DNA from: Chiloscyllium plagiosum
Lineage: Eukaryota
Length of the DNA: 64,000 nt
Reading direction: 5' to 3'
Assembly: GCF_004010195.1 (NCBI RefSeq)
Contig: NC_057719.1
Coordinates: forward strand, 56,841,187 to 56,905,186
In this document: piece by piece, positions 11,651 to 23,588 of the stretch
How positions within the stretch are numbered: position 1 is the stretch's first letter
How the letters are laid out: each line of letters begins with the position of its first letter
Position numbers and translations under genes: made by a program
The notes under the pieces: model-generated
Told to the model about the DNA's origin: nothing
The model's input: only the letters and a program-made list of their open reading frames with translations
Database searches by the model: none

Positions 11651-12954
11651 ATAATCCCAACCAAACGAATCTCCAAACTCTGAGACCCAGGTCTCAGTTC
11701 TGCTCTCTGTAATTGTATCCTCATCTTCCAGACCCACAGACTGTAATCAGTGAAGATAAACAACAGCATCTTCCCCATGATAATCTTCAACAATGACACC
11801 CAGCAACGAAGTGCACTCAGCCCCCTATTGTACTCCCTCTACATTCACAACTGTGTGACCAACTTTGACTGAACACTATCTACAAGTTCGCAGATGACAT
11901 CACTGATATATACATCAATGACTACTCAGAATACAGGAAGGAGATAGAGTGTTTTGTGTTGTGGTTCAATGATAACAATCTCTCCCTTGATGTCAGCAAA
12001 ACTAAAGAACCGATCATTGACTTCAGGAAGAAAGGAGGATGACACTCCCCTATCTACATTAGTGGAGCTGAGGTGGAGATGGTGGAGAGCGTCAAATTCC
12101 TAGGAATGATGATAACCAACAATCTGTCCTAATCCACCCATATAGATGTGACAGTCAAGAAGGCATAACAATGCCTCTTCTTCCTCAGGAGGTTGAGGAA
12201 ATTTGGCATATTCTTACAGGCCCTCACCAACCTTTACAGATGCACCATATAAAGCATTCTATCAAGGTGCATCACAGCTTGGTATAGCAACTGCTCTGCG
12301 CAGGACAGTAAGGAACGACAGAATGTCATGAACACAGCCCAGACCATCATGCAAGCCAACCTCCCATCCACGGAATCCATCTACACTTCTTGCTGCCATG
12401 GAAAGGCAGCTATCATCATCACAGACCTCTCCACCCCGGTTATACTCTCATCCAACCTCTTCCATCAGGGAAAAGATACAGAAGCTTAAACACATGTACC
12501 AGTGGGTTCAAGAACAGCTTCTTCCCTACTATTATTAGACTGCTGATAGATCTCTCTAATTTCATGTCGATCTTGCTTTTGTGCACTTCCTGTGCGGCCA
12601 TAACCTTGTATGCCTCACTCGGTCTAAAAGCTTGATGATCTGTATGTCCTTGTACATTATGATCTGCATGTACTGCACAAAAAACTAAATTTTTCACTTT
12701 ACTTAGGTAGGTGACAACAATAAATCAAATCAGACTGGGGTGTAGCATTTCAATGTTCCAAAAAGACAAACTAACATTGTTTTTGAAGAAATTGTAAGTC
12801 TAATCATCTATAGGCTAGAAAATTAAGAATTAAATTTCATAAAATTTCCTAGTGGGACTGAACCATTGATCCTTGCAACCCCACCATACTACAAGATGTT
12901 CCTTTGTTATTTTTAATGATTCTGATGTAAGGTTTTGGTTATCTTAATACATAC

Positions 12955-13138
12955 CTTCTGTGACAGTTTGAAGCTTTGATGATCGCTCAGAATCAGGGGA
13001 ATGCAAAGGCTCTGGTTCTTTCAAGCTTTCCAAATGTAAAAATGGATCATATTCAACAGAGGCAAGATCTGATAAGTTCAGAGGAAAGTATCTAGGATTA
13101 CTGAAGTATTGGGCTCCATAAACACAGCCATGTAGCAC
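12955..13138 (-). CDS. RALGAPA1: RALGAPA1 exon 13/13 ([25 protein letters not shown]...[21 protein letters not shown])
   Basis: tttttctacag acceptor and GAAG|gtatgt donor; 184 nt, phase 0-1. The next conserved exon was not found in 1-12954, so it probably lies outside the window. Confidence 0.95.
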
Positions 13139-13801
13139 CTGTAGAAAAATAAGGCAAAGATGCTTTACAAATAAAGACCAACACTCACGACTGAGAATGT
13201 TACCAAACAACTGACTTTCTCCTTATAGATTATCATGGGTTAATTAACAAAATTACAGAAACCAACTTTGAAAAGGCAAAGAAAAAGCAAGTGTCTCTGT
13301 GGTTGTAAAGCTAATGTTACAAAATAACTGTATATGTTATGCACATAGAAAAATCACAATTTATTCTTCGATCATACACAGATTTACAAACAGACAGGAA
13401 CTGTTACCACAGCCATGAAACATTTGAAGGTACTCTTGCATGTTGCAGTTTGTCTACCTCATTGGAGATCAACTGATTTTGAACAGAATTCAAGGCTTAT
13501 TTTGATGAAGTGAACAAATACATTAAACGGAATTTCAAATTAAAAGAATTTCAATTTGTATACAATCTCCAAGGAGTAACAAAAATAGCTGACTCAAACA
13601 GAAATTACGAGTGTAGAAAAAAAACTTAAACAAGATCATTTCAATTGTATTTTCATATCCTTGCTCAGAAACCATGCCATGAATCTATCTGTGAATGAGG
13701 CCCAGGATATCAATTACATTTCTCCAATCTATTTTTATAAATTTTAATCTCCTTTATTTAAAAAGAAATCAGGTTCAAAGTGAAAATATGTTCATAAGAT
13801 T

Positions 13802-14150
13802 GGGTGATACGGTGATTCAGTGGTTAGCACTGCTGCCTCACAGTGCCAGGGACCCAGGTTTGATTCCACCCTGGCGACTGTCTGTGTGGAGTTTGCATAT
13901 TTACCCCATGTCTGCATGGGTTTCCTCCCACAGTCCAATGATGTTGCAGGTTTGGTGGATTGGTCATGCTAAATTGCCCATAGTATCCAAGGTTGTGCAG
14001 CTAGGTAGATTAGCCATGGGAAATATAAGGTTCCAGGAATAGGATTGGGGGTGTGCGTGTGTCTAGGTGGGATGCTCTTCGGAAGGTCAGTGCAGACTTG
14101 ATGGGCTGAATAGCCTGCTTCCACACTGTAGGATTTTATGATTTTATGAA
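13802..14150 (+). mobile_element. Older HE1/V-SINE-like SINE
   Basis: tRNA-like head cagtggttagcactgctgcctcacag, the shared core and a CR1-type tail. Confidence 0.75.
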
Positions 14151-14269
14151 GACTAGAGAGTCAAACTTAACTGGATCTATCAAAGCAGCTAGCAATTGGG
14201 AGAGTAACATCAAACATTAGTTTTGAATCAAATACTGAACTATTAATTGCTTGGCAGTTTACTAAAAAG

Positions 14270-15150
14270 AGACAAATTCAAAGCTTTTTGTTTGTATTCA
14301 TCAGGATTGACAAGCAAGAAATAAAACTTGGAGAAGTGGGTGCTGATTAGTTAGAGCATAGGTGGCATGAAGCTGCAACAGGGACTGTCAATCTTAGATT
14401 AGATAAAGCTCAGATCAGGCAGGTAGATTCTGATTGGTAAGGATTTTGTCATGATGAATTCAGGAAGGGTTGCCAGTCTCCATGAGCCTTTTGTCAACAG
14501 AAAGATACAGTCCAAAAATAAATTCCACACACTTCGGTGTGTTAATATGCATAGCTTCTGATGTGCAAATATGTCACACTGTGAGTCTGACTGATAACCT
14601 TACATTGGTTTCTGATGCAATTCTTACCACAGTCAAGATTATTTAGAAAATGTTGTCCAATAGCAGAATCACATCTAATGCTGTACATGGTGTGGAGGCT
14701 TATGAGCATGGCCTGTTGAACATGAATGGCACACTGCAAATGGTCAAAAGGATGTGTTTGTTATGGTGTCCCAGCCATTGAGGAATATAGCCTTCATTTC
14801 AGTTGTCACACCAGCATTGAATTTCATATTACATTATTCTCTTGGGATGTGTTTTTGACTGATTGCAGCACCCTGTTAATGCATGAACCCTATTCGGGTG
14901 TTCACTACAAAGTAGCTAACTTTGCCAAACTTTTGAGGCCTCTGGCTTTCATGGTAATCTGAGGTACACTGGACACCATTCAGGTCCCAAAGTAGTGGTC
15001 TTACACGCTTTCAGGAGATTGGGTGATATAGGCCAAGGTATGACTTCAAGAAGGTATCTATTATCAAGCAAGCTACTTTAGATATGCATCAACTCAGTAT
15101 CAAACTGACATGAACACTATGAGGAAAGAGAACTCATGAGATTGTTCCAT
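14270..15150 (-). mobile_element. Old Penelope-like remnant
   Basis: ORF 14542..14739 contains DSAIGQHFLNN, resembling a GIY-YIG C-terminus; related termini near 28300-29160 and 31400-32190. Confidence 0.5.
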
Positions 15151-16244
15151 TTCATGGAATTTCTTTACACAGCTGAGTAAATTCCATTCTGCACTCAAAT
15201 TTACTAATGAAATATAGCAATCAACAAGTTCAATGTGTTACTTGAGAAATGTACTTATGGGTTGTCTACTATACACTATTTTTTGAAAGCCAAATTCACT
15301 GGTCAAAATACCTGTGGAAAATCCTCCAGTTCTGTGTGTTACAATATTAAGTTTATTGGCAACCTCTTAAAAAGAGTCCTAATCATTTGCTTATCATGTA
15401 AACTTGATGCTGAGGTAGGGCACATCAAAACTGTCCTACATGATAATGGCTCAAATCAACTTGTTGTACATTGGACAAATTCATAAAAAGGCCGACAACC
15501 AACAATTTTGGCCCTGAACAGTGTCAGTCTATCTTAGATTACTCTGAAAAGGGAAAGGTATCTGAGAAATTTGAACAGATGAAGTCACCCATTTCACATT
15601 GCTACTTTCAAGTAAACACAAGTAATTTTCTTCACTGACAGGATTCTGCCATAAAACCAATAAAGACTTCTTGCCTCGGATACAAATGAGTAATGTGACA
15701 CACAGAATGAAAGAATTTTACGGAACAGGTCATTTGACCCATTGTGCCTGCACTAGCTCCTGCAAGAGCTACCCAGCTAGACTCATTCTCTAGCCCTCGA
15801 AATTTATCACTTTACAAATACATCTAGCTCTCCTTTTGAAAGTTCTATGGAACCTACCTCCACCAATCTTCCAGGTAGCACATTCCAAACAACTCTGAGA
15901 AAAGATGTTCCACTGCATCTCATTCCGAGCTCACTTACTGACAATCTTGAAACTGAGAGCCCTAGGGTTTCACCACTGGTGCACTGATTGTTATGCAGAT
16001 CATATAGCAGGCTGCATCAAACAACATGTCCCTTTGACCATGTGCATCGTGAAGCATGTTGACGGTGATCAAGCAACCTATGCTTGCAAACCTTAGAACA
16101 ATATATCCAAGGTAGATGTGATATAGCTGCTGAACATCATTTATTGAATATCTTCAACCGTGCTCAGAATTATCTGGGATATATCAATTAAACATCAACT
16201 AGGCTCACAGTGCAGTGAATTTGAATGTAACAGAAACTATGTAT

Positions 16245-17725
16245 AGTAATACAGAAAGCGAGGAATGAGATTGCTGCGCATCTGGTGATGATCTTTGCAT
16301 CCTCAGTGTCCACGGGAGTAGTAGTGGATGATTGGAGAGAGGTGAATGTTGTTCCTGTGTTCAAAAATAAGGGAATAGGGAAATCCCTGGGAAGTACAGA
16401 CCAGTCAGTCTTACGTCTGTAGTAAGCAAGGTACTGGATAGGATTCTGAGAGGTACGATTTATGACTATTTGGAAAAACATAGTTTGGTTAAAGGTAGTC
16501 AGCATGGCTTTGTGAGGGGCAGGTCATGCCTTACAAGCTTAGTAAGCTCTTTGTGGTTGTGACAAGACAAGGTGACGAAGGTCAAGCAGTGGATGTGCTG
16601 TATATGGATTTCAGTAAGGCATTTGACAAGTTTCTCCACGGTAGGCTCATTCAGAAAGTTAGGATGTATGGGATACAGGAAAATTTGGCTGTCTGGATAC
16701 AGAATTGGCTGGCCAAAAGAAGACAGCAAGAGGTAGTGGATGGAAAGTATTCTGCCTGGAGGTCAGTGACCAGTGGTGTCCCACAGAGATCTGCTCTGGG
16801 GCCTCTGCTCTTTGTAGTTTCTATAAATGATTTGGATGAAGAAGTGGAAAGCTGGGTTAATAAGTTTGACGATGACACAAAGGTCGGTGGGGGTGATAGA
16901 TAGTGTCAAAGGCTGTTGCAGGCTATAAGACTGATAGGATGCAGAGCTGGGCTGAGAAGTGGCAGATGAAGTTCAAACTGGATAAATGCGAGGTGATTCA
17001 TTTTGGAAGGTTGAACTTGAATGCTGAATACAGGGTTAAAGACAGGATTCTTGGCAGTGTGAAGAAACAGTGGGATCTTGGGGAGCATGAACATAGATCC
17101 CTCAAAGTTGCCATTCAGGTTGATAGGGTTGTTAAGAAGACATATGGTGTTTCATTAACAGGGGGATTGAGCGTAAGAGCCTCGAGGTTTTGCTGCAGCT
17201 CTATAAAACCCTGATTATACCACACTTGGAATATTGTGTCCAGTTCTCATTATAGGAAGTTAATAGATGCTTTAGAGGGGGTGCAGAGGAGATTTACCAG
17301 GATGCTGCCCAGACTGGAAGGCATGTCTTATGAAGAGAGGATGAGTGAGCTAGGGCTTTTCACACTGGAGAAAAGGAGGAAGAGAGGTCTCTTGATAGAG
17401 GTTTACAAGATGATAAGAGGCATAGATAGAGACCTTTTCCTAGGACAAAAATGGCTGTCACAAGGGGTCATAATTTTAAGGTGATTGGAGGAAGGTATAA
17501 GAGAGGTGTCAGAGGTAGATTCTTTATGCAGAGAGTGGTGGGTGCGTAGAATGCACTGCCAGCAGTGGTAGTAGAGTCAGAGACATTAGGGACATTTAAG
17601 TGACAGTTGGACAAGCACATGGACGGCAGTAAATTGTAGGTTAATCTGATCTCAGATTAAGATAAATGCTTGACACAACATCGTGGCCGAAGGGCCTGTA
17701 CTGTGTTGTATGTTCCATGTTCTAA
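16245..17725 (+). mobile_element. 5'-truncated CR1 LINE (RT domain to 3' tail)
   Basis: [26 protein letters not shown] and WAEKWQM motifs; disrupted. Confidence 0.9.
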
Positions 17726-18244
17726 CACAGATGTTTCATGAGGGTAAAGGGAATTTGCCCATATATTGCATCTTTTTCACTGAGAATAGAATTATAGAGA
17801 CTAGCAGAGAATTTGCTGCATTCTCCACAGCAACTTTCTGACCCTATAATAGTAAACTTACACGCTCTGACTTTTGTCAGTTAAGATAGACTACCAACAG
17901 TTACAGGTGTATCTCCATGTCAACTATGTCTAGTACATCACTCTCTTCATATCAATTGTTTCTTTTCCAAGTTTGGTCTCTTACATGGCAGTTCTGATGA
18001 TTACAGGATGAAAAGGCTTTGCCTTTGGTTCTCTTTTGACTCATGATTAAATAAAGAGCAACATTTGAAAAATAAAACTGAATGTTAGAAACGTATGCTG
18101 ATCTGAAACAAACAGTTTTGCAATATCAGAAATTTACCAAAGCAATCAATTCAAGAGGTAACAGTATTACTTTGCAAAAATCTAAAGATAATTAATGCAA
18201 AGGCTTAAATGTAAATCATTATTACAACTATTATGGAAGTATAC

Positions 18245-18379
18245 CTTGTAAATACAACTGAGAATGGATTTGTCGGCATTGTCCTTATCTTGCCCTGCAG
18301 CTTGGACTGCTTGCAAGAGTATTTTTAAAGGCAGCACCATGCACCAGTCCAACAGGCAAAGCAATAGGGATACCACCAG
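18245..18379 (-). CDS. RALGAPA1: RALGAPA1 exon 12/13 ([45 protein letters not shown])
   Basis: ttcacag acceptor and AAG|gtatac donor; 135 nt, phase 0-0; preceded by an 88-nt intron. Confidence 0.94.
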
Positions 18380-18467
18380 CTGTGAAGGACAAGTCACAAA
18401 AAAAAGTTATCAAAAGCCAAAATTTGCAAATCACCTTATTATCCACATAAATTGAACCTATGCATAC

Positions 18468-18536
18468 CCTTTTATCTTGCTCATGCGGAGATACTTCTGT
18501 ACTGGGTAACAGATAAGTAATTGTTGCCATTAATAT
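18468..18536 (-). CDS. RALGAPA1: RALGAPA1 exon 11/13 (ILMATITYLLPSTEVSPHEQDKR)
   Basis: gtttag acceptor and AGG|gtatgc donor; 69 nt, phase 0-0. Confidence 0.93.
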
Positions 18537-20221
18537 CTAAACAAAAAGACAAAGACATGTATGTTATAACAAATAGCATCTTAATAATCCATAAAGGGAT
18601 AATAGGTTTTTCAGAACAAAGAAAAAACATTCATAAGAATATAATGTTCCACAAAATTTTCTAACAAGTTCTCTTTTTAACAGGTGATCAAGAAAAATAA
18701 GTTTATTCTATTACATTCAAGATAGTCAGTGACAGCAATGAGTTTTCTGATTTTTATTGCAATTCATACTTTGCTCTAAAGTAAATTTATTGAAGCAGTA
18801 CAAAAGACAAGTTGTATTAATCATATACAGATTTATCAACAGATCTCCTGTGGCATTGCATATGGATAATCACGATCAGAAGTTGCTTACATTAAAGAAT
18901 CAAAGCCAGCAGGAGGAGGAGGAGACAGGAAGGAGTGAGGATGGAGTTGTCTGTTTCAATTTTGTTTAGGTGTGAATCAAACAGCAATTTGAAAAAAGGG
19001 AGCAATGTGGTTGCTGATTTCTAAAGAGGTCTGTTTTTAATTTGATTCCCATGCTATGGAAATGTTTGGTCCACCAAACTGTAGGCTCATCAAATGCACT
19101 GTTTAAAGTTTCTTTGCTAATACTTCATTTCAATTTTACTTCAGCCTTCAATTTGTTACATAATTTTGTTGTTTGTAGTGTATTATTCCATTTTGTTATT
19201 TTAAAGCAGTTAATTCTTTACTACTGTATTTCCTTGGAACTAAAATTACCTTCATAAACCTGTTTACAACACTAAAACTTAGTGTATCTCCCTTCCTACT
19301 ATATTTGGATGTGTGCCCACACATCATGGAGTGCAATGGTTCAAAAAGGCATTTCATCAGCACCTTCTCGTTATGTAGGGATTAAGAATGCTCAAATAAT
19401 GCTGGCGTAACTAGTTTTGAGCACGTCCTATTAAAGAATAAATAAGAAAACATATACTCCTAATTTCACTAATTTTAAAATTTTCCTCCTGCATTCTTGA
19501 GAGGGGAAGCTTTTAATTTCCCTTACAAGTAGCCCAGATACATAATGTTCTGTTACCTCACGTTACGCTCAATGCGATGCACATAATGTAACAATGTTGC
19601 AATGCGGAGATCATTCAAAGAAGGTGTAATTACAAAACAGGTAGGAATAGATGAAAGGCATTTGGCCCATTCAGTGAGATCAGTCACAGTCTTTTCCATT
19701 TAAATAACATTAAACATTTTTATTCTTCCTACCAAAGTGCATAACTTCACATTTTCCCGCATCATATTCCTTCTATCTTTTTGCCCACTCACTTTACCTG
19801 CTTTTAACCATCAGTAAATTCTGTACCATCCTCACTACTTGCCTTCTCACCTATTATGTCATTGCAAAGATGGTAATAGGGTATTGATTTCCATTATCCA
19901 AGTCATTAATATATACACACACATATATAGTAAATAATTATGGCTCCAGCACTAATCTCTATTGTACTCCACTCGTTACATACTTTCAGCCCGAAAATAT
20001 ACCTTTTTATGAATTAGTCAATCCTCCATCTATGTCAAAATACCATCCCCAACACCATGGGTTATTATCAAGCAGCTGTGTATGTGGTACATTACAGAAA
20101 ACCTTTTGGAAAGCTAAATGGATTTACGTTTTCCTCTTTGCATATCCTCCTCAAAGGACAGTAATAAATTTGTCAGGCATGCTTCACTCTTCATGAAGTC
20201 ATGTTGACTCTGCTTTATTAT

Positions 20222-21040
20222 CCGAGAAGCAGGAGAATCGATGTTTCGGGCATAAGCCCTTCTTCAGGAATGAGAATAGTGTGCCAAGCGGGCTGAGATA
20301 AAAGGTTGGGGAGTGGGGGCGCTAGGAATACGACAGGTGGAAGGAGGTGGAGGTGAGGGTGAGGGTGAGGGTGATAGGCTGGAGAGGCGGTGGGGGCGGA
20401 GAGGTCTGGAAGAAGATTGCAGGTGAAAAGGTGGCGCTGAATCCAGGGGTTGGGACTGAGATAAGGTGGGGGGAGGGGAAATGAGGAATCTGGAGAAATC
20501 TACATTCATCCCGTGTGGTTGGAGGGTTCCGAGGCAGAAGATGAGGCGCTCTTCCTCCAGGCGTCGCGTGGCCAGGGTCTGGCGATGGAGGCCAAGGACC
20601 TGCATATCCTTGGCGGAGTGGGAGGGGGAGTTAAAGTGTTCAGCCATGGGGCGGTTAGGTTGGTTGGTGCCCCAGAGGTGTTCCTTGAAACGTTCCCAAG
20701 TAGGCGGCCTGTCTTCCCAATGTAGAGGAGACCACATCAGGTGCAGCGGATCCAGTAAATGATGTGTGTGGAGGTGCAGGTGATTTGCGACGGATATGGA
20801 AGGATCCACTGGGGCCTTTGAGGGAGGTGAGGGGGGAGGTGCGGGTGCAAGTTTTGCATTTCTTGCGGTTGCAGGGGAAGGTGCCGGGAGTGGAGGTTGG
20901 GTTGGTGGGGGATGTGGACCTGACCAGGGAGTCGCGGAGGGAGTGGTCCTGCTCCTCGGATGCTGCCTGGCCTACTGCACTTTTCCAGCACCACACTTTT
21001 CAACTCTGGTCTCCAGCATCTGCAGTCCTCACTTTCTCCT
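20222..21040 (-). mobile_element. Penelope-like retroelement 3' part (GIY-YIG endonuclease) with an inverted terminal piece at ~20950-21040
   Basis: GTFPCNRKKCKTC, TCTSTHIIYWIRCT, RFKEHL, HFNSPSHS and LGTLQPHGMN. Confidence 0.85.
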
Positions 21041-22732
21041 AGTTCTGCTTGATTATATTATGTATTTCCAAATGCTCTGTTATTACATCATTTAAAAAAG
21101 TCTCTTAACCTTTTCCATATGACAGATGTTAAGCTAATGTGTTCTCTAACGGTGTTTGCTAACTTTGGCATCGCTCTCCCTTTTTATATATTTAAGAAAG
21201 CTCTTAGTGTACATGTTCATATTAATGATTAATTTTTGTTACATTTTATCTTTTCCTTTTCAAATTGATACTACCTTCACTTCCAGGTTAGTGAGAAATA
21301 CACAGCAACTGACTGACTTGGAAAATTATTTATCAATTCAAAAGTCACAGCTCACAGCAACTGCTGCAGGAAAAGTAACTGGTTTTCTTCAAATTTTAAA
21401 CCACGGAGAACAGGCAGCTTCGGCTGGGAAGAACAACTGTACATGTCTGTGTAACTCACTTCCCATTCCAACCTGCTTAGTTAGCCGAGAACCAATCAGC
21501 TTCAATTTAGACAACTCTTGGTTCCTTATGATTTGCACACTGCATGAACCAAAAGCCACAAACACAGAGCTCACATTATGTGACAAATTTCCTGCTGCGA
21601 AATTTAGCCATCCAGATAAATCCCAAACACGACATGAAGGAGTCCTGGTAAAATAAGGACAATGGGAATCGGTGGGAAACTCTCCACTGAATAGAAACTA
21701 ATAAGCACAAAGGAAGCTAGTTCTTGCTGTTGCTGGTGAATCAGTCCCAGAACATTGCTGCACCAATTTCTCAGCATCCTTCATGTATTTCAATGACCTC
21801 CACTCCAACACAAAGTCATTAAGGAGTTTTGCAGTGATAATTTCACAATGTTCAGTACCACTTTTGACTCTTCAGTTAATAAAGTTGTGTGTGCCACATG
21901 CTCCAACTCCCGAACATTTGGCCTTGGATTGATAAGGACACTACACAAATGCCATGTAAGATCATACCTAACATGACAGAATCAACATTACCATTACTCA
22001 ACTCCCAGCTACCAAAATCAGGGTGAGGTCTTATTACTGACCAGAAATTGAACTGAATGACCCTTAAAATACTGAGGCCACAAGAACACGTCATGGGCTT
22101 GGAATTCTGCTTGGAATTCTGATGAAGGAGCGTCGCTCCGAAAGCTAGTGTGCTTCCAATTAAACCTGTTGGACTATAACCTGATGTTGTGTGATTTTTA
22201 ACTTTGTGCACCTCAGTCCAACACCGGCATCTCCAAATCAAGAATTCAACAGCATCCACGATAAGGGTTGCCTGCTTGATTGGCAAACCTCTATTTACTT
22301 GCTCCACCATGAAAGCACTGAATACTTTATAATTTTAGTTTTATTTTAAATTCATTTAAGGAATGTTGGTATCCCTGACTAGGCCAAGATTTCTGATCCA
22401 TCCCTAAATGTCTTTGAGAAAGCTGTAGTGAGTTGCATTCTTGAACTACTGTAGTTCTTGGAATGTAGGTTCATTGACAGTGCTGTTAGGATGGGAGTTC
22501 TAAGATTTAAACCCAGTGACAGTGGGGTATATAATGTGCTGCATTACATGTGATTTATCTCTTTGTAAACTAATCAGCACCTATATTTACTCAACACAAG
22601 TATACAGTGTCATAGACAAAAAGATTAGTTGAATAAACTTTACTGGCTGAATCTTCATTGGAAACACTTTGACAGGCAAATACTTAACCAACAGAAATAA
22701 AATCAATAAATGCCTCAAGAAATACCTCTCAC

Positions 22733-22843
22733 CTCAAGCATTTTTTTTGGAGAATCTGGTGGATAATTCTGAAGTTTGTCCACATAATTGATCAATAAAT
22801 GCAAAATATCACAAGCCACCTGTGCAACCGCTTTGTTTGGAAA
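22733..22843 (-). CDS. RALGAPA1: RALGAPA1 exon 10/13 ([37 protein letters not shown])
   Basis: ttttacag acceptor and GAG|gtgaga donor; 111 nt, phase 0-0; preceded by a 95-nt intron. Confidence 0.93.
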
Positions 22844-22938
22844 CTGTAAAACATTAACAACTTAATTCTTACAATTGTTGTATTTTTTTTTCCAAAAGCT
22901 GATGAATTAAGAAAAAACATTGTTAAAACATTACTTAC

Positions 22939-23047
22939 CTTTAAAGTTACACAAATTACATTTAGAGCATCTTTGATTTGTGGATGGCGAGTATCATGTA
23001 CCAATTCTTCACAGAGCCAAATGCCAAGGCTACAAAGTGCAACACAT
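22939..23047 (-). CDS. RALGAPA1: RALGAPA1 exon 9/13 ([36 protein letters not shown])
   Basis: ttttacag acceptor and AAG|gtaagt donor; 109 nt, phase 2-0. Confidence 0.95.
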
Positions 23048-23529
23048 CTGTAAAATAGAGACAGTAATGCATATCATGCAAGCATAAGCTATCTAGATAT
23101 GGTCAAGAATATATAGAATATAAAATCCTATTTTCTATTTCATAGGCTCATTGTGAAATCATCTGAAAGTAAGCAATGTAGCTTTCAGAAAACTTACTTT
23201 AATTTTTAGTCTTACTACAGATCATCGTAAAATCAAAAACTAAGTAATCCAACCATCCTGTTACATCGGTCAGAAACCATCACCTGGAGTCAGAGGCAAA
23301 GCAAATCCAACTCCCACTGATCTCATAAATACTTCCTTAAGAGATCTAGTAACTTCTGGCAGGAACCTTGCCTCTTACAAATTGATTTTTATGTTGTTCA
23401 AAAGGGAATTCCCAGGAAAATGCAGTGATGGCATCCAGCTGGCCAGCAGTCAACTACATCAAAGAATTTTGGGATGGTTAATAGTGAAATTACTTTTTTA
23501 AAAATTACAGATGAAATAAAGCTACTTGC

Positions 23530-23588
23530 CTAGCTGGTCCAGAAGGCTCTTCCCTTGCTGATTTTAAAATGCTCTTAATTACAAGTTC
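23530..23588 (-). CDS. RALGAPA1: RALGAPA1 exon 8/13 (ELVIKSILKSAREEPSGPA-R), followed by a GC donor
   Basis: tcatag acceptor; donor is AG|gcaagt; 59 nt, phase 0-2. It joins the next exon to give AGA (Arg) and keeps the frame. Confidence 0.9.

Larger units (their letters stand above)
7690..12730 (+). mobile_element. Rex1/Babar-like LINE remnant split by ~3.2 kb of nested insertions
   Basis: KPWMN...YRKSR and FNLS...TIIPVSKK...MALTSIIM at 7693-8445; resumes near 11650 with VLSPLLYSLY and KFADD motifs and a 3' region. Confidence 0.7.

Noticed and set aside
21156..21656. 166-aa plus-strand ORF
   Set aside because: It starts at a non-ATG codon, has no recognisable domain, is antisense in an intron and runs into a degraded LINE.
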